DNA of 64,000 nt from positions 1,216,001 through 1,280,000 of the forward strand of contig OZ219815.1 in assembly GCA_964291235.2 (NCBI GenBank), read 5' to 3'. Origin of the DNA: Vicinamibacteria bacterium. Its GTDB lineage: Bacteria > Acidobacteriota > Vicinamibacteria > Marinacidobacterales > Marinacidobacteraceae. Numbering within the stretch: position 1 is the stretch's first letter; each line of letters begins with the position of its first letter. The position numbers were made by a program, and so were the translations under genes. The notes beneath the pieces are model-generated. The model ran no database searches, had not been told where the DNA came from, and saw nothing but the letters and a program-made list of their open reading frames with translations. Shown in pieces: positions 35,066 to 44,128 of the stretch.

Positions 35066-38000
35066 TTGGCGCCTGCTTGGCGCCTGCACTTTTGGGCGCC
35101 TGACGTCGCACCTGGCGAGTTGGCTGGATGGTTACGCCAGCGGGTAGGAGACCGGTGGCCGGCCCCGGGGTCGGCCGCCACCTTCGAGTCGGCATGGCCG
35201 GGAGGCGCCGGGCCCGGACTGACGCTCTCGCCGCTTGAGGCGGCGGCAACGCTCGCCGCGTGCGCTCCCCGCGATGGGGATCCGGACTTCCGGTCGGCCT
35301 CGCTCCGGTTCTGGTCGCTTGCCAACCGCTTTCTCCTGGGCCTTCTCTCGCGCGGCCGGTTCCGCCCGACGGTTCACCGGAACGGTGGTGACGGCGCCTC
35401 CCTGTGGCGTGCGGATCTCGGCTCGCAGCAACGGGAGCTCGACGCGCTTCGGCTCGCCGCTCCGGCGGCCGCGCTTGGGGGCCTTGACGCCGAGACGGCC
35501 ATCAGCGGCTATCTGGTGTCGCTTGGAGACAACGTCATTCGAGACGCGGGCCGGCGCCTCGGCTGGTCGCCGGGCGCGGTCGGGGCGCCGCGGGGCCGGC
35601 GCGAGGTTATCGAGCGGATCCTCGACGACCTCTTCGCGGGCGCTTCCGGCGGGCTCGACCGCGAAAGTACGGAATCCCTCGGGCAGGTGGACGGCGCTCT
35701 CGGCGGGGACGCGGCCGAGTCCGCCGCGGGCGCCGTCGGAAACGCCCGACTGGTCTTCTTGTTGGAGCCTCCCGCCGAGAATGCCCAGACCGAAGCGACC
35801 GCGACCGACCCCGACGAGCGCCGCTGGCGCATCCGCTTCCGCCTGTCGATGCTCGTGGTCTCCGGAGCTGCCGCCGCCGAAGCCAACGGTGCGGACGATC
35901 CGGCGGGCGCCGAGACAGCGCTCATGCCGCTGAGCGAGGTCTGGAGCGCGCGTGACGCGGCGGCAAATCTCAGGCGCTTCGGGATTGCCGATCCCGCGAT
36001 CCCCCTCCTTGAAAACCTGGGCCGGGCGGCCCGCGACTGTTCCCTCCTGGAGCGGGGCTTGGAGTGCAGCGCTCCCGAGGAGGTGTGGATTTCGGCGGCC
36101 GAGGCGTACGAGTTCCTTCATGAAGGTCAGGCGGCGCTCGCCCAGCAGGGGTTCGAAGTTCGCATTCCGCCCACGCTCGCCGGACGGCGCGGACGAAAGC
36201 CAACCCTCCGGCTCACCGTCCGCCCGCAGGCGGGCTCGCCGGGCCCCCTGCCGCGCACGGTCCGGTCGTCGGAACTTGCCGGGTCCCCTCCCGGCGGCGG
36301 GGTCGGCCTCGATGCCTTGGTCAACTACAGCTGGCAGGTCGCGATTGACGACCACGCCTGGACGCTCGACGAATTCCGGCGTTTGACCCGCGGCAAGCGC
36401 CGCCTGGTCCGGGCGAGCGATTCCTGGGTGGAGCTGGATCAGGATGCGGTCAATCGGCTCCTCACGGAAGCGGCGCGCCGGCGCGCGCACGCCGATCGGT
36501 CCCCGGTGTTGCGGGACGCGCTGCGGGAGCGCCTGCGGCTCGCTTCGACGGCGCCCGACCTCTTCGAGCCGGAGGAGACGGCGCCGGTGCTTTCCCAGAT
36601 CGAGGGAGAGTCCTGGATCGGATCCTTGTTCAGCGCACTCGAGGCGGCGGCCGAGGAACTGGGCCCGCTCGATCCGCCTTCCGGTCTCAGGACGGAACTC
36701 CGCCCCTATCAGCGGGTTGGGTATGGCTGGCTACGCCTGCTCGCGGAACACGGCCTTGGCGGTTGCCTCGCGGACGACATGGGACTCGGCAAGACCTGTC
36801 AGGCGCTCACTTTCCTGCTCGGAGAACAGGAAGCGGGCCGGCTGACCCGGCCGTGGCTCCTCGTCTGCCCCAACTCCATCGTCGCCAACTGGAGGAAGGA
36901 AGCGCAGCGTTTCGCGCCTTCGCTGCGCCTGCACGTGCGTCAGGGGGCGGGACGGTCGCGCGGAGCCGAGTTGCAGCGAGCTCTGGACGAGAGCGATCTC
37001 GTGGTGTGCTCCTTCGGGATTACCCACCGCGATTTCGATCAGCTACGGGAGGTGGAGTGGGGCGGCCTGATCGTGGATGAGGCCCAAAACCTCAAGAACC
37101 CGGGCGCCAAACAGACCCGGGCGGTGCGGCGGCTCGTGGCGCCGATCCGTTTCGCGCTGACGGGGACGCCACTCGAAAACCGCCTCACCGACCTGTGGTC
37201 CATCATGGAAATCCTGAACCCGGGTTTCCTCGGCCCGGAACGGACGTTCCGGCGAACGTTCACCGCCGCGGTCGAGGGAGCCCAGGATCCGGAAGCCACC
37301 GAGGAACTCCGCCGGCTCGTCCGCCCGTTCATCCTGCGCCGGCTGAAGACCGATCCCAAGGTCATTCGCGATTTGCCGGAGAAGCACCAGACCCGCGTCT
37401 ATTGCAACCTCACCCCGGAGCAGGCGTCGCTCTACCAGGCGGCTGTGGATCAGTGCCTCGAGCGGATCGAGCGCAATACCGGGTTCGCCCGGCGGGGCGA
37501 GATTCTCCGCACCCTCACGCGGCTCAAGCAGATCTGCAACCACCCGGAGAACTTCCTCGCCGCTGGCGGGTTGTTGGCTGGCCGTTCCGGAAAACTGACC
37601 CGGCTCGTCGAGATCCTCACCGAAGTCGTCCAGCAGGGGGAGCGGGCGCTGGTCTTCACCCAGTTCGCGGAGATGGCGAAGCTGCTTGCGCCCTATCTCT
37701 CAGAGGTATTGGACGCGGAGATTCCGGTGCTGCACGGGTCGGTGTCGCTCCGGGAGCGGGACGCCATCGTGACCCGTTTCCAGGAAGCGCAGGAACCGCC
37801 TCCGCTGCTCGTGGTGTCGCTCAAGACCGGCGGATACGGGCTGAATCTCACCCGGGCGAGCCACGTGGTGCACTACGACCGGTGGTGGAACCCCGCCGTC
37901 GAGAACCAGGCCACGGACCGGGCTTTCCGGATCGGCCAGAACAAACGGGTTCTGGTCCACAAATTCCTGTGCACCGGCACGCTCGAGGAACGCATCGCCG

Positions 38001-38128
38001 ATCTGCTTGAGCGGAAGTCCGCCTTGGCGGAATCGGTGATCGGGACGGGAGAGGGGTGGTTGACGTCGTTGACTTCCGAGGCGCTTCAGAACGTGTTGGT
38101 GCTTGCCCCGGAGGCGGTTGTCGAATGA
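35066..38128 (+). CDS. SNF2-family helicase/ATPase (start uncertain)
   Basis: LRPYQ, LADDMGLGKT, VDEAQ, LTGTPLEN, RRLK, SGK, GLNLT, QATDRAFRIGQ. Confidence 0.92.
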   Translation: MAPAWRLHFWAPDVAPGELAGWLRQRVGDRWPAPGSAATFESAWPGGAGPGLTLSPLEAAATLAACAPRDGDPDFRSASLRFWSLANRFLLGLLSRGRFRPTVHRNGGDGASLWRADLGSQQRELDALRLAAPAAALGGLDAETAISGYLVSLGDNVIRDAGRRLGWSPGAVGAPRGRREVIERILDDLFAGASGGLDRESTESLGQVDGALGGDAAESAAGAVGNARLVFLLEPPAENAQTEATATDPDERRWRIRFRLSMLVVSGAAAAEANGADDPAGAETALMPLSEVWSARDAAANLRRFGIADPAIPLLENLGRAARDCSLLERGLECSAPEEVWISAAEAYEFLHEGQAALAQQGFEVRIPPTLAGRRGRKPTLRLTVRPQAGSPGPLPRTVRSSELAGSPPGGGVGLDALVNYSWQVAIDDHAWTLDEFRRLTRGKRRLVRASDSWVELDQDAVNRLLTEAARRRAHADRSPVLRDALRERLRLASTAPDLFEPEETAPVLSQIEGESWIGSLFSALEAAAEELGPLDPPSGLRTELRPYQRVGYGWLRLLAEHGLGGCLADDMGLGKTCQALTFLLGEQEAGRLTRPWLLVCPNSIVANWRKEAQRFAPSLRLHVRQGAGRSRGAELQRALDESDLVVCSFGITHRDFDQLREVEWGGLIVDEAQNLKNPGAKQTRAVRRLVAPIRFALTGTPLENRLTDLWSIMEILNPGFLGPERTFRRTFTAAVEGAQDPEATEELRRLVRPFILRRLKTDPKVIRDLPEKHQTRVYCNLTPEQASLYQAAVDQCLERIERNTGFARRGEILRTLTRLKQICNHPENFLAAGGLLAGRSGKLTRLVEILTEVVQQGERALVFTQFAEMAKLLAPYLSEVLDAEIPVLHGSVSLRERDAIVTRFQEAQEPPPLLVVSLKTGGYGLNLTRASHVVHYDRWWNPAVENQATDRAFRIGQNKRVLVHKFLCTGTLEERIADLLERKSALAESVIGTGEGWLTSLTSEALQNVLVLAPEAVVE

Positions 38129-38799
38129 GCGACGGACTGCCGTGGTGGGCGGCGGACTTTCTCAGGGCATCGCGCAACGGCGCCGAAGGCCGGCCCCGGG
38201 GGCGGGTGACGGTCGTTCCGGGCCAGGCGCGGGCGCTCGTGGAGGGGCGCGGATTCCGCCCGACCGCGGTCGCCCTGGAGACTCCCGTCCTGGACACGCG
38301 CAGATGGAGTGCGTTCTTCGAGGTGTTTGCCGGAGAAGCCCTCTTTCCGGCGGCTCTCCTCGCGGGCTATCTGCCGCGTTCGGCCAAATCGGTCCTCGCC
38401 CGGGCGGGGGTGCGCCTGGTGCCGTCGCCGAGCCGGCTCACGGTGGGCCCGCCCGGCTGTCCCCCCGAAACCGTCGCGCGGGCACTCCTCCTGATCGCTG
38501 AGCATTTCGCCGCCGATCCCTTTCGGCTGCTGTTGTTTCGGGGCGCCGACCGCCAGTCGGTGATCAGCGGAATCGCCCGGCGCTGGAAGGCGGGCGGAGC
38601 CGGCCGGCCGGCGATCCAGCTCGATGAGCTTCAGGCCATCCTCGACCAGGCGCCTGATTCCGGTGCGGATTCGCTGCTGCCCGTGGTCCAGCGGGCCGAG
38701 GCTTTCCGCGACGATCCGATCCTGCGCGGCAACCTCGCCCGCCTCTACACGAAGGTCTCGGAACGCGCCGCCGCCGTCTCTCCCCGTTCCCGGTCCTGA
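38125..38799 (+). CDS. SNF2 partner related to SWIM zinc-finger proteins but lacking the Zn ligands
   Basis: ATGA-coupled to SNF2; AALLAG.LP and AEHFAADPFRLLLFRG conserved; CxC...CxH absent. Confidence 0.65.
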   Translation: MSDGLPWWAADFLRASRNGAEGRPRGRVTVVPGQARALVEGRGFRPTAVALETPVLDTRRWSAFFEVFAGEALFPAALLAGYLPRSAKSVLARAGVRLVPSPSRLTVGPPGCPPETVARALLLIAEHFAADPFRLLLFRGADRQSVISGIARRWKAGGAGRPAIQLDELQAILDQAPDSGADSLLPVVQRAEAFRDDPILRGNLARLYTKVSERAAAVSPRSRS

Positions 38800-38819
38800 C
38801 CGGGCCGGGAAGGGCTGTT

Positions 38820-39743
38820 TCAGCCCTCGTCCCACTCCCATCGTTCGGCCTCCCGGATCGTGTCGCGGCGCGCCAGGAAATAGGCCAGACCGAGGCAGAT
38901 TCCGAAGAAGAGTCCGATCGCGTGGGCCCGGTAGCTCACTTCCGGCCGGATGGATGTCGGAACGAGAACGACCAGGAAGAAACCGATGACCCGCACCAGC
39001 CGCTTCAGGACGGAGAGCCGGCGCTCGACCAGCACGTAGAGCGTGAGCCAGGCGCCGGCCAGCAGGTAGAGCATCCCGGAGGCGCCAACCACCCGGATAT
39101 TCGGGGGGTAGCCCTCGAGCGTCACCGCGAGCGCGACGGCGGAGAGCGGCACCGCACTCCACGGATAGAGGCTCGGCCCGAAGGCCCCGTACGAGAGGTA
39201 GATGAGCCAGGTCAGGAAGACGGCGTTCGAAAGGAGGTGGATTGGGTCGGCGTGGGCCGCGAGGGCGGTCACCAGCCGCCACGTCTCTCCGTCCCCGAAG
39301 ACCTTTTCGCCGCTCGCCGGAAGTACGGCCGCGAAACCGGGCGGCCCCCACCAGTAGAGCGCGCTGACGAGCACCAGCACCCCGAGAGTCCAGGCGACCG
39401 CGCGGGCGGCGTCCTTGCCGGGCTTTTTCGACAGGAGCGTCGAAACGACGTGAGGTTCGGAGAGGGAGTCGCCGGGCGGACCGCTCGCAACCCGGCCCCG
39501 AAACCCGGGGCCCGAGGGATAGCGCCCCGCGGGTTCCGGCCGCCCGACATCGGAACCCTCGGGCTGCGTGAACTCGTCGTGCTCCCAGAGATCCGGGCCG
39601 CCCGCCTCTTCGTCCGGCCCGGGCGGATCGTCGTCAGGCGGCGCGTCCGGATCGGGAACTTCGCGGAGTCGCTCTTCCCACTCGGAGCCGGAGGCCATCC
39701 CCGGGGGTGGCCACTTCGGTTTCCTGCGGCGCCAGAACGTCAC
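38820..39743 (-). CDS. Rhomboid intramembrane serine protease (start uncertain)
   Basis: WRLVT, HLLSN, GASG catalytic Ser, AHAIG catalytic His. Confidence 0.85.
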   Translation of the reverse strand: MTFWRRRKPKWPPPGMASGSEWEERLREVPDPDAPPDDDPPGPDEEAGGPDLWEHDEFTQPEGSDVGRPEPAGRYPSGPGFRGRVASGPPGDSLSEPHVVSTLLSKKPGKDAARAVAWTLGVLVLVSALYWWGPPGFAAVLPASGEKVFGDGETWRLVTALAAHADPIHLLSNAVFLTWLIYLSYGAFGPSLYPWSAVPLSAVALAVTLEGYPPNIRVVGASGMLYLLAGAWLTLYVLVERRLSVLKRLVRVIGFFLVVLVPTSIRPEVSYRAHAIGLFFGICLGLAYFLARRDTIREAERWEWDEG

Positions 39744-39865
39744 GAGACAGTATTCTCCGCGCCCCGGCCGGCGGACTCGTCCCTGGGCTTTCGTTTTCGC
39801 ACGCGCCGCGGCCGTTTTTTTATCCCGTTTTCCTGTCCGGTCGCCGGATTCCGACTCGTATCGCC

Positions 39866-41080
39866 ATGCCAAAACGTATTGCCCTCGCCTATTCCGGCGG
39901 ACTCGACACCTCCTGCGCCATTCCCTGGCTGAAGCAGAACTACGACGCCGAAGTCCTCGCGGTCATCGCCGACGTGGGCCAGAACGAGGACCTCGAGGCG
40001 GCCTCGCAAAAGGCCATCGCGTCCGGAGCCTCCGCGGTCTTCGTCGAAGATCTCCGCGACGAGTTCGTCGGCAGCTACGTCTATCCGGCGGTGCGGGCCG
40101 GCGCGGTGTACGAGGGTCGCTATCTCCTCGGGACCTCGCTCGCGCGCCCGACGATCGCCAAGTACCAGGTCGAGGTCGCCCGGCGCGAAGGCGCGGACGC
40201 GGTCGCTCACGGCTGCACCGGCAAGGGGAATGACCAGGTCCGTTTCGAACTCGCCTTTCACGCCCTCGCTCCCGACCTCGAAGTCATCGCTCCCTGGCGC
40301 CTCTGGGACATCCGCTCGCGCGAGGACGCCCTCGACTACGCGGCCCTGCACGGGGTGCCGGTCGAACAAAAGACCGGCGATCTCTACAGCCGCGACCAGA
40401 ACCTCCTCCACCTGAGCCACGAGGGCGAGGATCTGGAGGATCCCTGGAACGCCCCTCCCGCCAGTCTCTACCGCATCACCCGGAATCCGGACCAGACGGA
40501 GCCGGCGCCGGAAACGGTGGATGTGGGTTTCGAAAGCGGTATCCCGGTCTCGGTGGACGGCGAGGGACTCGCCCCGGCCGCTCTGCTCACCCGGTTGAAC
40601 GAGGCGGGAGCCCGCCACGGCGTGGGCCGGGTGGACATCGTGGAGAACCGTCTCGTCGGCATGAAGTCCCGCGGGGTGTATGAGACGCCGGGGGGCACGA
40701 TCCTCCACGAAGCCAAGAACGCGCTCCAGAGCCTCACCCTGGACCGGGCGACCGACCACTTCGCGGCTTCGGTGGCGCTTCGCTACGCCGAGCTGGTGTA
40801 CGACGGCAAGTGGTTTTCCGCGCTTCGTGAAGCGCTGGACGCTTTCTTCGCCGAGGCGCACCGGAACACGACCGGGACGGTTCGGGTCCGTCTTCACCGG
40901 GGGGTCGCCCAGGCCGTCGGAAGGCAGAGCCCGAAGAGTCTCTACCGGGAAGACTTCGCCACCTTCGGCGCCGATGAGGTGTACCGGCAATCGGACGCCG
41001 AGGGCTTCATCCGCCTCTTCGGCCTGCCCGAGCGCATCCGGCGTCTTTCCGGCGTGGATTCGCCGGCCGAGGAGTCATGA
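39866..41080 (+). CDS. argG: Argininosuccinate synthase
   Basis: LAYSGGLDTS, HGCTGKGNDQVRFE, ENRLVGMKSRGVYETP. Confidence 0.97.
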   Translation: MPKRIALAYSGGLDTSCAIPWLKQNYDAEVLAVIADVGQNEDLEAASQKAIASGASAVFVEDLRDEFVGSYVYPAVRAGAVYEGRYLLGTSLARPTIAKYQVEVARREGADAVAHGCTGKGNDQVRFELAFHALAPDLEVIAPWRLWDIRSREDALDYAALHGVPVEQKTGDLYSRDQNLLHLSHEGEDLEDPWNAPPASLYRITRNPDQTEPAPETVDVGFESGIPVSVDGEGLAPAALLTRLNEAGARHGVGRVDIVENRLVGMKSRGVYETPGGTILHEAKNALQSLTLDRATDHFAASVALRYAELVYDGKWFSALREALDAFFAEAHRNTTGTVRVRLHRGVAQAVGRQSPKSLYREDFATFGADEVYRQSDAEGFIRLFGLPERIRRLSGVDSPAEES

Positions 41081-42432
41081 AACTCTGGGGCGGGCGGTTC
41101 GCCGCGCCGCCCGCGGACGCCCTCGACCGCCTGGGGAAGTCCATCCACTTCGACCGGCGGCTGCACGCCGAGGAGATTCGCGTCAACCAGGCCTACGCCC
41201 GCGCGCTGGCGAATGCCGGGGTGCTGGATTCCGGGGAACTCCAACGGATGCTCGGCGGGCTCGACCGGGTCGCCGCGGCGCTCGCCGCCGATCCGCCGCC
41301 GCCCCTCGACGACGAGGACATCCACACCGCGGTGGAACGGATGCTCTTCGACGAGATCGGGGAGCTGGCCCGGAAGCTGCCGACCGGACGGAGTCGCAAC
41401 GATCTCTCCCAGACGGAGTTCCGCCTCTATCTCGCCGGGGCGGTCGGTTCGCTGACCCAGGCGCTCGACCGCCTCCGGCACGTCCTGCTCGCCCGGGCGG
41501 AAGAGTCCGCGGACACGCTGGTTCCGGGGTACACCCACCTCCAGCGGGCCCAGCCGGTGGTGTTCGGCCACCTCCTGCTCGCCCATTTCTGGGCGTTGAC
41601 ACGGGACCGCGAGCGTCTCGAAGCCGCCGCGAAGCGGGCCGCCGCCTCCCCGATGGGGGCGGGAGCGCTCGCCGGAAACCCCTACCCGGTGGACCGCCGG
41701 GCGATCGCCGACGAACTGGGGCTCCCCGAGGTCCTCGAGAACAGCGTGGACGCCGTGGGGGCCCGCGACTACGCGATGGAGTTCCTCGCCGCCGGCGCGA
41801 TCCTGGGAGTGCACCTGTCCCGGCTCGCCGAGGATCTCGTCCTCTGGTCCTCCGCCGAGTTCGGGTTCGTGCGGCTGGACGATGCCTGGTCCACCGGGTC
41901 GAGCCTCATGCCGCAAAAGCGGAATCCCGACGGGGGCGAACTGATCCGCGGGAAAGCCGGCCGCCTGATCGGCAACCTGGTCGCGCTGCTGACCGTGGGG
42001 AAGGGACTCGCGGTCGGCTACCAGCGGGATCTCCAGGAAGACAAGGAGCCGTGCTTCGACACCCTGGACACGCTGCGCCTCGCGCTTCCGGTCGCCGAGG
42101 GCACTGTCGCCACGATGCGGATTTCCGAGGAGCGGATGCGGGCCGCGCTCTCCTGGGATCTCCTCGCCACCGACCTCGCGGAATACCTGGTGGAGCGGGG
42201 CCTTCCCTTCCGCGACGCCCACCGGGTCTCCGGAGAGGTCTTCGCCCACTGCGAGCGGGAATCCGTCGCGCCGCCGGACCTCGATCTCGCCGTGCTGCGC
42301 AGCTTTTCGCCGGTCTTCGGCGACGATGTAAAAGAGGTCTGGGACTACCGCGCTTCGGTCAACCGCCGGAGCGTTCGCGGCGGCGCCGGAGACATCCGGA
42401 CGCAGCTGGAAGCGGCCAAAAAGACGCTATAG
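41077..42432 (+). CDS. argH: Argininosuccinate lyase
   Basis: LWGGRF, GRSRND, GYTHLQRAQP, GSSLMPQKRNPD, DLQEDK. Confidence 0.97.
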   Translation: MKLWGGRFAAPPADALDRLGKSIHFDRRLHAEEIRVNQAYARALANAGVLDSGELQRMLGGLDRVAAALAADPPPPLDDEDIHTAVERMLFDEIGELARKLPTGRSRNDLSQTEFRLYLAGAVGSLTQALDRLRHVLLARAEESADTLVPGYTHLQRAQPVVFGHLLLAHFWALTRDRERLEAAAKRAAASPMGAGALAGNPYPVDRRAIADELGLPEVLENSVDAVGARDYAMEFLAAGAILGVHLSRLAEDLVLWSSAEFGFVRLDDAWSTGSSLMPQKRNPDGGELIRGKAGRLIGNLVALLTVGKGLAVGYQRDLQEDKEPCFDTLDTLRLALPVAEGTVATMRISEERMRAALSWDLLATDLAEYLVERGLPFRDAHRVSGEVFAHCERESVAPPDLDLAVLRSFSPVFGDDVKEVWDYRASVNRRSVRGGAGDIRTQLEAAKKTL

Positions 42433-42521
42433 GGGCCGGCGGCCTCCAGGCCGGCGCGGTGGCTGGGATGGAAATCATGCATTCGGCATGCACGAAATCC
42501 GCCTTGGCTTGAGACCGTTCG

Positions 42522-43820
42522 CTACCGCGCCCCGATCGCCCGGAGTCCTGCCTCGAACCGGCGGACGGCCGCTTCATTCCCGGCGAACCGCCGGAGCCCG
42601 CGCCGGAGCACCCGTTCCGCGTCCGCGCGGCTCCCTCCCTCCCGAAACACCCGGGCCAGCAGCAGGTGACGCTCGGGTGCCTCCGGGAACTCGACCAGGA
42701 AGCGCTGCGCGCCCCGCAGCGCGAGTCCGAAGTCCCCGTTCGCGAGCGCGTGCGTCACGAACGCCTCGACCGGGCGATGGGCCTCGGGATGCAGCTCGGC
42801 TTCGCTCAACAGCCGCCCCGACTCGTCCGCCACCGCTTTCCGGCGCTCGAACTCGGCGAACAGCGGGGCCGCCCCCTCGCCGTCGCCCCCCCGGGCGAGC
42901 AGTTGCGCGAGTCCGAACCGCGCCTCGTTGAGCGCCGGATCCTCGTCAAGGGCGCGCCGGAACGCCGCTGCCGCTTCGCGGGGTCGTTCCCCGGCCTGGT
43001 GTGCCTTGGCAAGCGCGAGCCACGCTTCGGCATTCGCGGGTGCCGCCGCCACCACGGCTTCGAGGATCGGAAGGGCTTCTTCCATCAGGCCGCGTTGCAC
43101 CAGGATCCGGGCCAGCCGGAAAGCGGCGGGTCCAGCGGGTTCGGTGCTGCCCGCGAGCTGCCGGAGAGGCTCGAGTGCCTCGCTGCCGCGGCCCACGCTG
43201 TCGAGGAGCTCGGCGTGGAGCAAAACGGCGGCGGGGGCGGCGGGGGCCACCCGCAGCAGCGCCTCTACGAGAGCAAACGCCTCGTCGGTTCGCCGCGCCC
43301 GGGCCAGGATAACGGCTCTCCCGTGGATCGCCGCCGAGTCTTCGGGGTGCCGTTCGAAACGCGCGAGCGCGAGTTCGTGCGAGTGCAGCTCGGCCAGCAG
43401 GCGCCCGGCCTCGATATCCGGGGACGGATCCTCGGGAGACCGCTCGCTTGCCGCCCGGTCGAAGGCCTCGAGCGCGTCGAGGGGCCGGAGACCCCGCCGC
43501 CGCAGCACCCCGGCGGCGAGCCACCCGTCCGGGCCGAGCTCGTCGGCCGCGGCTGCCAGGGCGTCCATGACCTCCGGGGTCGGCGCCGCCCCGCGCGCTA
43601 TTTCCCAGAGCAGTCGGCTCCCGTCGAACGAGTCCGGATCGGCCGCGAATTCCTGGACCAGGAGCGGAACGGCCAGCGCCGCCCGGCCTTCGGCCAACAG
43701 ACGCCGGCCCTCGGCCAGAAGTCGCCGCACCTCGGTGAGGGACTGCGCCGCCGCCGGCTCCGGACCCGGGACCGCTGCCGTGAGCAGAACGAGGACCAAC
43801 CCCAGGAAACTACGAGTCAT
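42522..43820 (-). CDS. Secreted tetratricopeptide repeat protein
   Basis: Signal peptide; repeated A..LA...G....A...P helical pairs. Confidence 0.8.
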   Translation of the reverse strand: MTRSFLGLVLVLLTAAVPGPEPAAAQSLTEVRRLLAEGRRLLAEGRAALAVPLLVQEFAADPDSFDGSRLLWEIARGAAPTPEVMDALAAAADELGPDGWLAAGVLRRRGLRPLDALEAFDRAASERSPEDPSPDIEAGRLLAELHSHELALARFERHPEDSAAIHGRAVILARARRTDEAFALVEALLRVAPAAPAAVLLHAELLDSVGRGSEALEPLRQLAGSTEPAGPAAFRLARILVQRGLMEEALPILEAVVAAAPANAEAWLALAKAHQAGERPREAAAAFRRALDEDPALNEARFGLAQLLARGGDGEGAAPLFAEFERRKAVADESGRLLSEAELHPEAHRPVEAFVTHALANGDFGLALRGAQRFLVEFPEAPERHLLLARVFREGGSRADAERVLRRGLRRFAGNEAAVRRFEAGLRAIGAR

Positions 43821-43897
43821 TGGACTTCCCGTCCCAAAAAATCGGAATTCCGGACCGGCACGCCCTGGAGGTGCTGGCGGCTCTTGTCATAACTCGT

Positions 43898-43949
43898 TGA
43901 AATGATTTACCTTATCTCTCTTGCATTCCAGCCCTGAGGTGTGTACTAG
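43898..43949 (+). promoter_or_regulatory. Possible Fur-type box and weak sigma70 promoter upstream of the TonB receptor
   Basis: Reverse complement of 43898-43916 matches GATAATGATAATCATTATC at 13/19; TTGCAT-N17-TACTAG at 43921-43949. Confidence 0.35.
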
Positions 43950-44128
43950 GAGGGAATAGACCTTGCGTGATACCTTCCTTCGAATTGATCCCTTCTATTT
44001 TCCGGCCGAATGCGCGCTCAGGATCCGCCTCACGGGGCGGCGGCGTCCGACTACCGCGCATTCTCTCCGGTGCCGCCAATTGGCAGCCCGGCTCCGGATT
44101 TCCGATCCGCCTCGTGAGGAGGTTCTCC

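Noticed and set aside
42477-42493. TGCAT-N5-ATGCA resembling an ARG box
   Set aside because: Spacing is off by one and it lies downstream of argH between convergent genes.
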